Numbered from the stretch's first letter, positions 8,827-19,104 are shown. The stretch: DNA of 27,633 bases from Candidatus Hydrogenedentota bacterium (GCA_029974275.1 JARKSN010000215.1:1-27633); one strand, 5' to 3'. The notes: generated from the sequence alone by a model not told the origin. Made by a program: numbers and translations.

Positions 8827-10797
8827 ATGAAGGCCAAACACGTCGTGATCCTGGCGGCGGTGCTCGGCGCGCTGATCGCCGTTATCCTGTTGCAAAAAAC
8901 GCAGGAAAAACCCGTCACGATTATCGAACAAGTCAAATTCGCCCGCCTGGTTCCGGAAGGAATGACCCAGGCCGATATCGCCAAAATCGAACTGTATCGA
9001 GGATCGGCGGCGGACCAGAAGATCGTGCTTACGCGCGAAGAGAGCGGCGACACATGGCGCGTCGCCTCGCATTTCAACGCGCCTGCCGACATGAAGGCGA
9101 TCGAGGATTTCGTGGACAAATTGGCGGACGCCAAAGGCGAGCCGCGCGCGACGGTGAAGACGGATGCGGATTTCGACGCATATGACCTTTCGGACGCGAA
9201 GAGCTTTCACATCGTCGGCTACAAAAAAGGATCGGACGAGGCGGCGTTTCACGTGCTTGTCGGAAAATCGCCGTCGTTCAGCCAGACCTTTGTGCGCATG
9301 GCCGAAGGCAAGGACGTTTTCGTGAACGACCTCGACCTGCGACGGGAAGCGGGCGGCGCCGACGCCTTATCCGCGGCTCCAAGCGCAACAACGTCCGAGG
9401 AACAGCCGTTGCAGGCCACGAAGTGGGTCAAAAAAGAAGTCGTGAATATCGCAAAAGACGATATCGTCGCGATCACCATCAAGACGCCGGACAAACAGCT
9501 CGCACTGGAGCGACACGAAAAACCCGCCGCCGCGCCGCCCGCCGATTCGTCCGCTGCGGCGCCGCCTGCCGCCCCCGAATACGAGTGGAGACTGACGTCG
9601 GGCGGCCTGGGAACCGCGATCAAGCAAGCCGGCGTGGACAATGTGCTGCGCGCCTTTGGGCCTTTCATGGCGTCCGATATCGCGGATCCCGCGAAGAAGG
9701 ACGAGTACGGTTTGCAGCCCCCCGGCTTTGTCTGCACGGTGAAAAGCGCCAAGCAGGAGACGCCTATCGTGATCGAGGGAGGGCGTCCGGACCCGAAGGG
9801 CAATGCCTATTTGCGCGTGGCAAGCGAAAAGGACGATGTGGTGTACTCGCTCCCCGCGGTTTCGTTCGAGCGTCTTTTCCCCAAGGGCAATGTCCTGTTC
9901 GATCTGCCGGGCGTCGGACTGACCGCCGACGCCATCGACCGCATGGAACTGGTCCAGCCCGACGGCAACATCACGCTCATCAAGAAAGACGGCGCGTGGC
10001 ATGTTGAGGAGCCTGCCGCGCGGTTGACGGCGCAAACCTCGACGATCGAGTCGATCGCCCGGGCGCTGGCGGCGTGGCGCGCGGCGGACTACGCCGATAT
10101 TCCCTTGCACGAGGCCGGTCTGGAATCGTCCGATCGCCGCGTCACGTTCACGGCGGGCCCTTCCACGCTGCATACGCTCACGTTTGGCGGAGCCGTTCCG
10201 GGGATCGACGCCTTGTATGTCCGCTTTGATCAGGGCGACAAGGTCTACGTCATGATGCGTTCGGATTATGACGCGATATTCGTCCAGCCGAAGAACCTGT
10301 TCGAACTGGCATTGCTGGATGTGATGGAAGACGACATCAAAGCCGTCCGTTTCGACGGAAAAGAGGGGAAATACGCGCTGGAACGCGAAGGCGCCGAGTG
10401 GAAACTTCTCGCGGACGGGGCGCGCGACGATGCCGACGACGAGGTGGTCGCAAACGTGCTGAGTTCGCTATCGATGCTTCAAGCAGACAATATCTTTTTC
10501 CACAAGGCGGCGCTCGAAGGCGACAGCAAGCAGTTCCAGCGCGTTACCGTCGTGACGCACGACAATACGGAACACGTGTTGACGTTCGGCCTGAAAGACG
10601 ACTCCGGATATCCGCTCACCGTGAGCGGCAAGAGCGCGGTATTTCACGTAGCGTCCGCCGAGGCGAACACGCTGCTTCCATCGCCGGGATACCTCCGGCA
10701 TCACCCCGAGGAAGCGCCGCAAGCCGCCGATGAATCCGCAGGGAGTGAATCGACCGAGTCGCAGAACAGCGCCGCTCCGGACGCGTTGCTGCAATAG
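8827..10797 (+). CDS. DUF4340-like membrane-anchored protein with repeated domains, 656 aa
   Basis: GAGGAGG RBS before ATG 8827 and an N-terminal TM anchor. Repeated units (I..I.l...L.re...W...A.....l..l...YGL...G...Y.R...V.) are typical of DUF4340 proteins encoded after gldG-like genes. Confidence 0.75.
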   Translation: MKAKHVVILAAVLGALIAVILLQKTQEKPVTIIEQVKFARLVPEGMTQADIAKIELYRGSAADQKIVLTREESGDTWRVASHFNAPADMKAIEDFVDKLADAKGEPRATVKTDADFDAYDLSDAKSFHIVGYKKGSDEAAFHVLVGKSPSFSQTFVRMAEGKDVFVNDLDLRREAGGADALSAAPSATTSEEQPLQATKWVKKEVVNIAKDDIVAITIKTPDKQLALERHEKPAAAPPADSSAAAPPAAPEYEWRLTSGGLGTAIKQAGVDNVLRAFGPFMASDIADPAKKDEYGLQPPGFVCTVKSAKQETPIVIEGGRPDPKGNAYLRVASEKDDVVYSLPAVSFERLFPKGNVLFDLPGVGLTADAIDRMELVQPDGNITLIKKDGAWHVEEPAARLTAQTSTIESIARALAAWRAADYADIPLHEAGLESSDRRVTFTAGPSTLHTLTFGGAVPGIDALYVRFDQGDKVYVMMRSDYDAIFVQPKNLFELALLDVMEDDIKAVRFDGKEGKYALEREGAEWKLLADGARDDADDEVVANVLSSLSMLQADNIFFHKAALEGDSKQFQRVTVVTHDNTEHVLTFGLKDDSGYPLTVSGKSAVFHVASAEANTLLPSPGYLRHHPEEAPQAADESAGSESTESQNSAAPDALLQ

Positions 10798-10834
10798 CCA
10801 AATCCGTGCGCATCCGCGTATGCGGAACCCTCGA

Positions 10835-10861
10835 GTGCGCCGGCGGCTTTCGCCGGCGCAC
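10835..10861. terminator. Perfect 11-bp hairpin between convergent genes
   Basis: gtgcgccggcg-gcttt-cgccggcgcac lies between the stop codons at 10797 (+) and 10903 (-). Confidence 0.55.
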
Positions 10862-10902
10862 GGCGTTTCAAGGCCGACGCCGAAGCGGGCTCGAGAAAAC
10901 GT

Positions 10903-11454
10903 TTACGCCGTGGCGGGAACGATCGGTATGCCCTTGGCGGCGATATCGCGATGGAACGATTCGCGCCGCTCCGGCTTCGAAAAATGGATGCGCACGCAGG
11001 CGTCGTGCTTGAAGTGAAGCAACTGCCGTCCGTGGCTGGGCGCGACGAACAACTCGTCGGCTTTCCCTTTTCCAAAACAAATTTCGCTGAACAACAGCGC
11101 GGCCATGCGCGGAAAGTCCGCTTGGTTGAAGTGCAACGCTCCGACGAAACCCTCGGGGATGCCCATTCCCTGCATGATGTCCACGCGCACGCAGTTGACC
11201 ACTCCGTCGAGACTCAGGTACGTCCACGGAAGCGCCCGCCGCAACACCCAACAAGCTTTCCATTCGTCCAAGCAATCAAACACGTCGGCGAGAAACTGCA
11301 AAACGTCCTCGGCGGCGTTCGGACACTGTAGGCGCGTCATGGCCGATGCGCCGCTCTGGTAAACGAGCGACTGGGGTTCATCCCGCCGGGTTTCGATCGC
11401 CAGCCCCATGCGTTCCGCCCATTCCAGGAATTCCGCGAAGGTGACCAGTTCCAT
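10903..11454 (-). CDS. Hypothetical protein, 183 aa
   Basis: ATG preceded by GAGG, protein-like composition, fills the gap downstream of the SDR gene; no family recognised. Confidence 0.65.
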   Translation of the reverse strand: MELVTFAEFLEWAERMGLAIETRRDEPQSLVYQSGASAMTRLQCPNAAEDVLQFLADVFDCLDEWKACWVLRRALPWTYLSLDGVVNCVRVDIMQGMGIPEGFVGALHFNQADFPRMAALLFSEICFGKGKADELFVAPSHGRQLLHFKHDACVRIHFSKPERRESFHRDIAAKGIPIVPATA

Positions 11455-11571
11455 GCGCGCCTCGCTTTCTTGCTGTTCCCGCAGCTTGCGTTCATTCTAC
11501 GCCCCGTTTTTCCTCAAACACAACGAGGCGAGGGGACGCGGCATGGACGTTTGGGCGTTCCCTTTGCTTGC

Positions 11572-12393
11572 TTACGGAAAAGGGCGCAGCGACGCGCGGA
11601 CGATGGCGTGAAAAATGCAGTCTGGGAGCAGACGGCGCAGGAAGAGAATGCCCCAACCGGCAAGATCGGTGGCGTACCGGAGCCGCCATCCGGAAGCGAC
11701 GGCGGCGCGATAGATGACGTGGGCGACTTGGGACGCGGGCGCGCCGTTCATCCCGGCGTCATTCATTCTACGAAGGGTTTTGCCTGCAAATGCGTCGTAG
11801 TCGGGGATGCCTGTCGACGGGACAACGTCCATCGAGCGGGTGTAAAAATCGGTCTTGATAGGGCCGGGCTCGATGAGGCGAACACGGACGCCAAACGGTC
11901 GCAGCTCGTAGTGCAGGGATTCGGTGAATCCGTCGACGGCCCATTTGGTGGCATGATACAAGCTCCACAAGGGGAACGCGACGCGCCCGCCAATCGACGC
12001 GACGTTGATGAGCACGCCTTGACGGCGCTCCCGGAAATGGGGCAGGACCGCCCGCGCCACGTTCATGAGACCAAATACGTTGGTATCGAACTGGCGTTGA
12101 ATGTGATCGGGGGACGCGGCTTCGAACGGCCCTACAGCGGCGTACCCCGCGTTGTTGACGAGCGCGTCGATCGCTCCATATTTCGCGATCGTCTCGGCAA
12201 TCGTCCCCTGGATGGACCCGGGATCGGTCACATCGAGGCGAGGGCAGATCGTGCGCTGGAGCCGCGTGAGTTCCCGCTCCTGATCGGGATGGCGCATCGT
12301 GGCCGCGACATTCCAGCCCAAGCGTTGGAACAACAGCGCCGTCTCGCGTCCGATCCCCGTCGAACTTCCGGTGATAAGAACGGTCCGCGCCAT
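11572..12393 (-). CDS. Short-chain dehydrogenase/reductase (classical SDR), 273 aa
   Basis: TGSSTGIG glycine motif, NNAG, catalytic S...YHATK (YxxxK) and IEPG. Start at MARTVLITG after an AAAGG RBS. Confidence 0.93.
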   Translation of the reverse strand: MARTVLITGSSTGIGRETALLFQRLGWNVAATMRHPDQERELTRLQRTICPRLDVTDPGSIQGTIAETIAKYGAIDALVNNAGYAAVGPFEAASPDHIQRQFDTNVFGLMNVARAVLPHFRERRQGVLINVASIGGRVAFPLWSLYHATKWAVDGFTESLHYELRPFGVRVRLIEPGPIKTDFYTRSMDVVPSTGIPDYDAFAGKTLRRMNDAGMNGAPASQVAHVIYRAAVASGWRLRYATDLAGWGILFLRRLLPDCIFHAIVRASLRPFP

Positions 12394-12437
12394 GTCGGCC
12401 TTTCCGGGCGACGGCCCCAGTGCGATGCCGTTGAAAT

Positions 12438-13556
12438 TCAGTGGTGCGAAAAACAGCGTTCCAGGGAGAAAACCATGGTGGCGTCGGCTTCGTTGCATGC
12501 GACAATCGCGTCGTAGTCGTTGACGCTGCCGCCGGGCTGGACGATCGCCGTAATGCCCGCCTTCACCGCCGCATCGACGGCGTCGCGGAACGGGAAGAAA
12601 CCGTCCGACGACATCACCGCGCCTTCGAGCGTTTCGTCGCCTTTGTACTTCGCGGCGGCCTTCGCGACGGCCTGTTGAATCGCGCCGACGCGGTCCTGTT
12701 CCCCAGTGCCGACCGCGAGGGTCTGTCCGTTGCGCGCGATGACGCACCCGTTTGAGCGGACGTGGATGTTGACGTACCACGCGAAAAGGAGATCATCCAA
12801 CTCGCGCGCGGTCGGTTGCCGCGCAATGTCGATACGGCCCTTCTTCGCATGTTCGTTGTACGCGGGCACGAGGTCCGCCGCGCTCTTCACGCGCGACAAG
12901 TACGGCGTGGCCAGTACGACGCTGCCGTCGTCGAAGAATTTCATCTCCAGCACGTCCGTTCCTTCGTCGATATACTTGGGCAACCGCGCGAAATCCGGCA
13001 GCTTCATAATGCGGATTTCCTTGTTGCGCTTGAAGCGGTCAAAATCGTTGAAGACCTCCAACGCATCCGGCGCGAACCCCGGCGCGGCGACGCCTTCGAC
13101 AATCGTCTCCATGATCGCCTCGGCGGTCGTAGCGTCCACCGCGCGGTTGAACACGACCACGCTGCCGAAGGCCGCCTGGGCATCGGCGTCGCGCGCCCGC
13201 AGGTAGACGTCCTTGAGCGATCGTCCGTCCGTTTCGATGGCGACGCCGGAAGGATTGCAGTGCTTCATCACCGCGCACGCCGCCCGCGGCATATATTTCA
13301 GAATGCCGACCGCGTGGTGCATGTCTTCGATGTTGGTCTGCGACAGGCCGCTCTTGCCGGTTTTCAGCAACTCGTATGCGCCGAGCACGAGCCCCTTGCC
13401 GTCCGCGGGCCGATAAAACGCGGCGGGCTGATGTGGATTGGTGCCGTAGCGCAGGTCTTCGATCTTGGCGTACTCACGCCCCATGATCGCGATCGAGGCG
13501 GGAAAATCGCCCACCGTGCGCGTGCGGTACATCTGTTTAAGGTCTTTTTCGGCCAC
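12438..13556 (-). CDS. purH: PurH-family AICAR transformylase domain protein (lacks the N-terminal IMP cyclohydrolase/MGS domain)
   Basis: LRYGTNPHQPAAFY, KHCNPSG (catalytic KH), AFGSVV, GTGEQDRV, SDGFFPFRD, QPGGSVND and RCFSH motifs. Only ~35 aa precede LRYG. GTG start with GGAGGG RBS. Confidence 0.88.
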   Translation of the reverse strand: MAEKDLKQMYRTRTVGDFPASIAIMGREYAKIEDLRYGTNPHQPAAFYRPADGKGLVLGAYELLKTGKSGLSQTNIEDMHHAVGILKYMPRAACAVMKHCNPSGVAIETDGRSLKDVYLRARDADAQAAFGSVVVFNRAVDATTAEAIMETIVEGVAAPGFAPDALEVFNDFDRFKRNKEIRIMKLPDFARLPKYIDEGTDVLEMKFFDDGSVVLATPYLSRVKSAADLVPAYNEHAKKGRIDIARQPTARELDDLLFAWYVNIHVRSNGCVIARNGQTLAVGTGEQDRVGAIQQAVAKAAAKYKGDETLEGAVMSSDGFFPFRDAVDAAVKAGITAIVQPGGSVNDYDAIVACNEADATMVFSLERCFSHH

Positions 13557-13650
13557 GACGATCGTCCCTCCCGCATTGACCCATCACGAAAGAACAAACG
13601 CGCCACGCATCTTTGCCTTGCCGTGTTGAACGCGGCAAGAAAGGTCTGCG

Positions 13651-14706
13651 CTAGGCGCTGGCGAACTTCGCGATCAGATCGCCGATTTCGGTGGTCGACT
13701 TGTCGCCGCCCGCGCTGAGGGTTTTGATATGGCCTTCGCCCAATGCCTTCGCAATGGCGTTCTCGATGCGCGCCGCCGCTTTCGGCTGGCCCAGGGTTTC
13801 CCACATCAAGCCAGCGGACGCGATGGCCGCGATGGGATTGATGACGTTTTTGCCGGCGTACTTTGGCGCGGACCCGTGAATCGGCTCGAACATCGACACG
13901 CCTTCGGGGTTGATGTTCGCGCCGGCGGCGACGCCCAGACCGCCCTGGATCATCGCGCCCAGGTCGGTGATGATGTCGCCGAACATGTTGTCCGTCACGA
14001 TGACATCGAACCACTCCGGGTTCTTCACGAACCACATGCAAATCGCGTCGACGTGGGCGTGTTCTTGTTTCACATCGGGATACTCTTTGCCGACTTCCTT
14101 GAACACGCGCTGCCACAGATCGTGCCCGTAGGTGAGGACATTCGATTTGTCGCAGAGATGAAGTTGTTTCCGGCGGTTGCGCTTTTGGGTGAGTTCATAG
14201 GCATAGCGAACGCAACGTTCGACGCCCTTGCGCGTGCAGACCATTTCCTGCAGCGCGACTTCGTCCGGCGTGCCGTATTTGAAGTTGCCGCCGATGCCGA
14301 CGTACAAGCTTTCCGTGTTCTCGCGCACGACGATAAAGTCGATGTCTTCCGGCCCCTTGTCTTTGATGGGAGTCCACACGCCGGGATAGAGCTTGACCGG
14401 GCGCAGGTTGATGTATTGATCCAACGAGAAGCGGATTTTGAGGAGAATGCCCTTCTCCAACACGCCCGTCTTCACGTCGGGGTGACCAATGGCGCCGAGA
14501 TAGATGGCGCTGAATTTCTTGAATTCCTCGATGGCCGAATCCGGAAGCGTCTCGCCGGTCCGCTTGTAGCGTTCTCCGCCGAAATCGTATTCCTGAGTCT
14601 CGAACGTGAACCCTTCCACGTCCGCGACCGCGCGCGAAACCTTCAAGGCCTCATTCGTCACTTCCGCGCCAATACCATCACCGGGAACCACGGCAAGCTT
14701 ATACAC
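13651..14706 (-). CDS. leuB: 3-isopropylmalate dehydrogenase (isocitrate/isopropylmalate DH family)
   Basis: [46 protein letters not shown] and FEPIHGSAP motifs; GTG start with AAGGAG RBS. Confidence 0.85.
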   Translation of the reverse strand: MYKLAVVPGDGIGAEVTNEALKVSRAVADVEGFTFETQEYDFGGERYKRTGETLPDSAIEEFKKFSAIYLGAIGHPDVKTGVLEKGILLKIRFSLDQYINLRPVKLYPGVWTPIKDKGPEDIDFIVVRENTESLYVGIGGNFKYGTPDEVALQEMVCTRKGVERCVRYAYELTQKRNRRKQLHLCDKSNVLTYGHDLWQRVFKEVGKEYPDVKQEHAHVDAICMWFVKNPEWFDVIVTDNMFGDIITDLGAMIQGGLGVAAGANINPEGVSMFEPIHGSAPKYAGKNVINPIAAIASAGLMWETLGQPKAAARIENAIAKALGEGHIKTLSAGGDKSTTEIGDLIAKFASA

Positions 14707-14908
14707 GGCTCTTCTCCTTCAATTGGGGGTTGCGAGAAACGCTTGAATCATGCCCGAAAGCGCTCCTCCGAGTCAACAAACCCATTGCCCGCCGACCGTT
14801 TGCGTCTCGTTCCCACGGGCGCGCGCCGGGAATGGGGCGCCTCCCGGAGTCGTCTCGACGATCCCGGCCGCGACCCAGGCGCGCCTTTTCCCTTGCGCAA
14901 GCGCAGGG

Positions 14909-15904
14909 TCAGCGAATCCGGGCGTCGCTTCCCGAAAGCCACAGGTCGGGGTTGGGGCCGAGTTCTTGTTTCAGGGGATCGCTTATGGCGTCGATCCGTT
15001 CCAGCATGGACGACGTGAGGGAGAGGTCGGCCCCCCTCAAATTTTCCAGAAGTTGCTCCGGCTTGCGCGCGCCAAGCGCCGCCGTCGCGATGCCCGGTCG
15101 GGCCAGCGTCCACGCGATCGCCATGGCGGACAAGGACATCTCCCATTCCTGGGCGACGTCTTTGAGTTGCGCGATGGCGTCGAAGGTGCGTTTTTCGCAG
15201 CCCGGGCCGCCGTGACGGACGCCGGGCCGACTTCCCGCAAAATGCCGGGTGCGCCGGCGATTTTGGGGCACGTCATCAGCGCTGGTCCAACGTCCGGAAA
15301 GCAAACCCTGCATAAGGGGCATGTACGCCATGACGCCGATGTCGCAATCCCGGCATAGGGGAAGCGTCTCATACTCGATGGCGCGAAAAAGAATGCTGTA
15401 GCCCAATTGGTTCGAGACGCACGGACCGGCCGAGAGCCACGCCCGCAGATCGGTAGGGCCGAAGTTCGAAACGCCGATCCAGCGGATTTTGCCTTCGTCG
15501 CGGAGTCGCAGCAATTCGGCGCAGGCGTCGTCGAACGGAACGTGTCGAAAAGGCCAGTGCACCTGATAGAGATCGAGGAAATCCGTTCCCAAACGTCGGA
15601 GGCTGTTTTCGCACGCCGCGCGCAGTTCACTGGGCGCGCAATGGTCCGGCGAAACCTTGCTGGCGATGCAGACATCCTTGCGTTTTGCGCCGAGAATTTC
15701 GCCCAACGCTTCCTCCGACTGCCCTTGGCCATACAGTTCAGCCGTATCGAAAAAATTGACGCCTCCGTCCAGCGCGGCATGAACCGTTGCGGCGGCATCG
15801 GCTCGATCGTCGACGCCCCAATACGCCGGATCGCCCAATTGCCACGCCCCAAAGGCGATGACAGATACGTTGAGATCGCTACTCCCGAGTCTTCGGTATT
15901 GCAT
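14909..15904 (-). CDS. Aldo/keto reductase, 331 aa
   Basis: FDTAELYG (Asp/Tyr), IASK, DLYQVHWP, GKIRWIGVSNF and PLMQGLLSG motifs; AGGAG RBS. Confidence 0.93.
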   Translation of the reverse strand: MQYRRLGSSDLNVSVIAFGAWQLGDPAYWGVDDRADAAATVHAALDGGVNFFDTAELYGQGQSEEALGEILGAKRKDVCIASKVSPDHCAPSELRAACENSLRRLGTDFLDLYQVHWPFRHVPFDDACAELLRLRDEGKIRWIGVSNFGPTDLRAWLSAGPCVSNQLGYSILFRAIEYETLPLCRDCDIGVMAYMPLMQGLLSGRWTSADDVPQNRRRTRHFAGSRPGVRHGGPGCEKRTFDAIAQLKDVAQEWEMSLSAMAIAWTLARPGIATAALGARKPEQLLENLRGADLSLTSSMLERIDAISDPLKQELGPNPDLWLSGSDARIR

Positions 15905-16166
15905 GCACGTTCTCCTGCTCGTTGACTACGGCGTCGGAAATACGCCAAGCCTCGTGGGCGCACGGCTCAAATCATCCAATGCGGCGCCCCGTAAGGCGTA
16001 CAAGGCCGGCATGCGCCCGGAGCGTGATCGCGCATCGCGGAACATTCCGTTTCGCCAAGGACGCCAATCATAGCGCAACGATGCATCGCCAATCACATAC
16101 GCCGCGCCCCGGCGTACGCGGCATCGCGCGCAAGCCGGGGCGGCGTAGAGCGTTGATACGATCGGA

Positions 16167-17537
16167 CTAGAAGTTGTAGCCCTTTTCATCATGCTGCGTG
16201 ATGTCCAAGCCCTCGGTTTCCTCCGCGTCGTTCACGCGCAGGCCAAGGGTCTTGTCCAAAATAAAGAGGATCACGGCGGAAACCCCGCCTGACCAGACCA
16301 AGGTCGCCAAAATGCTCTTGATCTGAACCACGAGCTGGGGAAGGATGGCGATATCGCTGTCCGCGCCCGTTCCCTGTCCGCCCAGAGAATACGCCGCGAA
16401 GACGCCGGTCAACAGCGCGCCGACCGTTCCGCCGACGCCGTGCACGCCGAAGGCGTCCAGCGAATCGTCATAGCCGAAGAAGCGCTTCATGGTCGTCGCG
16501 CTGAAGAAGCAGATAATGCCTGCCGCCGCGCCAATCGCGAGAGATCCCATGGGGCCGACGAACCCGGAAGCCGGGGTGATCGCGACCAGACCCGCGACCG
16601 CGCCCGTGGTGACGCCCAAAACGCTCGGCTTGCCATGCTTCATCCATTCAACGGTCATCCACGCCAAGGCCGCCATCGCCGTCGCCAACTGGGTCACCAG
16701 CATCGCCATGCCCGCGCGCCCATTCGCGGCGACCGCGCTACCGGCGTTGAACCCGAACCAGCCGACCCATAGCATGGAAGCGCCCACGACCGTCAACGTC
16801 AGGTTGTGCGGCATCATCGGCGAAGTCGGAAAGCCCTTGCGCTTGCCCAGCATCAGCGCGCAGACCAAGGCCGCGATGCCCGCGTTGATGTGCACCACCG
16901 TGCCTCCCGCGAAGTCCAACGCGCCCCAGTCCCACATCAGGGCGCCGTCGCCGCTCCAGACCATGTGGCAGATTGGGAAGTAGACAATCGTCACCCACAG
17001 CGCCATGAACCACAACATGGCCGAAAATTTCATGCGCTCTGCAAAGGCCCCGATGATCAGCGCCGGCGTGATGATCGCAAACGTTAACTGGAAGCAGAAG
17101 AAGACGCTCTCGGGAATCGTCCCCGTGACGCTGTCGACGCTGATTCCCCGGCAGAACGCCTTGTCGAACGCGCCGACGAAGGAATGCCAGTTCAACACGC
17201 CCTTCTCCATGCCCGTGGCGCTGAATGCCATCGAATACCCGTAAATCGCCCACAGCACCGTCACCAGACACGTGATCACGAAACACTGCATCAACACCGA
17301 CAGGACGTTCTTCGTCCGCACCAAGCCGCCGTAAAACAGCGCCAGGCCAGGGATCGTCATGAACAACACCAACGCCATCGACGTCAGCATCCACGCCGTG
17401 TCGCCCGAGTCTATTTGGGGCGCCTCGGCTACCGTCTCCTGCGCCGCCGCCACGGCCGCCCACCCTATCGCCGAGAGCGCCATCCCCGCGCCCGCCAAAA
17501 GCCTGCGCCCGCTTGTTCCTGTTGCTATGCGTAACAC
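16167..17537 (-). CDS. amtB: Ammonium transporter AmtB with N-terminal signal peptide
   Basis: DTAWML...PGLALFYGG, FQLTFA, AFAER, DFAGGTVVH, GWFGFNAGS and DDSLDAFGVHG (twin His); AGGAGG RBS before GTG. Confidence 0.97.
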   Translation of the reverse strand: MLRIATGTSGRRLLAGAGMALSAIGWAAVAAAQETVAEAPQIDSGDTAWMLTSMALVLFMTIPGLALFYGGLVRTKNVLSVLMQCFVITCLVTVLWAIYGYSMAFSATGMEKGVLNWHSFVGAFDKAFCRGISVDSVTGTIPESVFFCFQLTFAIITPALIIGAFAERMKFSAMLWFMALWVTIVYFPICHMVWSGDGALMWDWGALDFAGGTVVHINAGIAALVCALMLGKRKGFPTSPMMPHNLTLTVVGASMLWVGWFGFNAGSAVAANGRAGMAMLVTQLATAMAALAWMTVEWMKHGKPSVLGVTTGAVAGLVAITPASGFVGPMGSLAIGAAAGIICFFSATTMKRFFGYDDSLDAFGVHGVGGTVGALLTGVFAAYSLGGQGTGADSDIAILPQLVVQIKSILATLVWSGGVSAVILFILDKTLGLRVNDAEETEGLDITQHDEKGYNF

Positions 17538-17606
17538 GTCTTCATCCTCCTATGGCTTGCGGCCCGCAGGCCTGCATGTTTCCTTCGCCGATGCGCCGCC
17601 GCTTCC

Positions 17607-18251
<645 letters not shown>

Positions 18252-18394
18252 TCAACGTTTTCGTCAAGAAAAGCGCTCCGTATATGTAGACTATATTTTA
18301 TAGTCAATACATATTTATTTTGATATATTCAGATATAAATAGAAGTCAAGAGATGGCAAGATATAAAATAAATTCAAATATATCGGAATTTATC

Positions 18395-18423
18395 TTGACA
18401 AAATGTATACAATGCAGTATAAG
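18395..18423 (+). promoter_or_regulatory. Sigma-70-type promoter for the wHTH / RM-like operon
   Basis: TTGACA-N17-TATAAG with AT-rich upstream sequence, ~75 nt before ATG 18498. Confidence 0.8.
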
Positions 18424-18497
18424 GATATGGCCTGCTAGGGGAATCAAATGAATTATAGAACGATAAATAGTTTTCGTGACAATATATTTTTTGTAAT

Positions 18498-19103
18498 ATG
18501 ACTACATTATTTGGTCAAAAAAATCTCAATCAGGCTCTCGACGTCCTGTTCACCTCGAAGGCGCGTGTGGCGGTGCTGCGTCTGTTGCTGCTCGATCCCG
18601 TTCGCCCCTATTACCAGCGTCAAGTCGAGGCGGCGACCGCCTTGCCGCTTCGGGCCGTCCAGCGCGAACTTGATCGGCTGACGACGGCGGGGCTGTTATA
18701 TCGTCGTGTCGAGGGCAACCGTACGTACTATCACGTGGATCGTCAATTTCCCCTGTTTCCCGAATTGCGGGCCATGTTTTTGAAGACAGGGACGCCGCTG
18801 GAGCGTTTCCGGGGCGCGCTCGCGTTGGAGGAGTCGGTGCGATTGGCGTTTTTGATTCAGGATGCCGGGAAAATTCTGGTGGTTTCCAACGGCGGCAAGC
18901 GTCCCGTAGCTGCTCCGCCGCCGCAGTGCGCCGTGGAGGCGCAATCCGTCGAAACGTTTGTAAGGATTTTGTACGAGTCCCCGGCAACGTATGCGCCTTA
19001 CCTGTCGGAAGGCGTGGATGTGCTTGGGCGCCGGGATGATGTGGTGTGGCGACATATCGAAGCGGCGGGCTTCACGGTCGCCAAAGCCAAAGGGGTTGCT
19101 TAG
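18498..19103 (+). CDS. Winged-HTH (ArsR-like) protein fused to a degenerate MNT/nucleotidyltransferase-like domain, 201 aa
   Basis: LFTSKARVAVLRLLL...VQRELDRL..AGLL....GNRTYY......LFPELR.MF.KT is the N-terminus typical of wHTH-NTase (MNT antitoxin-like) proteins. The C-terminal VRLAFLIQDAGKILVVS has no GS...DxD motif. Confidence 0.75.
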   Translation: MTTLFGQKNLNQALDVLFTSKARVAVLRLLLLDPVRPYYQRQVEAATALPLRAVQRELDRLTTAGLLYRRVEGNRTYYHVDRQFPLFPELRAMFLKTGTPLERFRGALALEESVRLAFLIQDAGKILVVSNGGKRPVAAPPPQCAVEAQSVETFVRILYESPATYAPYLSEGVDVLGRRDDVVWRHIEAAGFTVAKAKGVA

Positions 19104-19104
19104 C

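Noticed and set aside
12394..12780. Extended 402-aa SDR / apparent purH-SDR overlap
   Set aside because: The extension is out-of-frame purH sequence; the SDR fold begins at 12393.
13557..13650. ZTP (pfl) riboswitch upstream of purH
   Set aside because: Only 94 nt with a simple hairpin (cttgccg...cggcaag); I could not see the conserved ZTP aptamer elements.
18991..19104. Longer 516-aa start for the RM-like gene
   Set aside because: Would overlap the wHTH gene by 113 nt; ATG 19105 directly after the TAG is more plausible.
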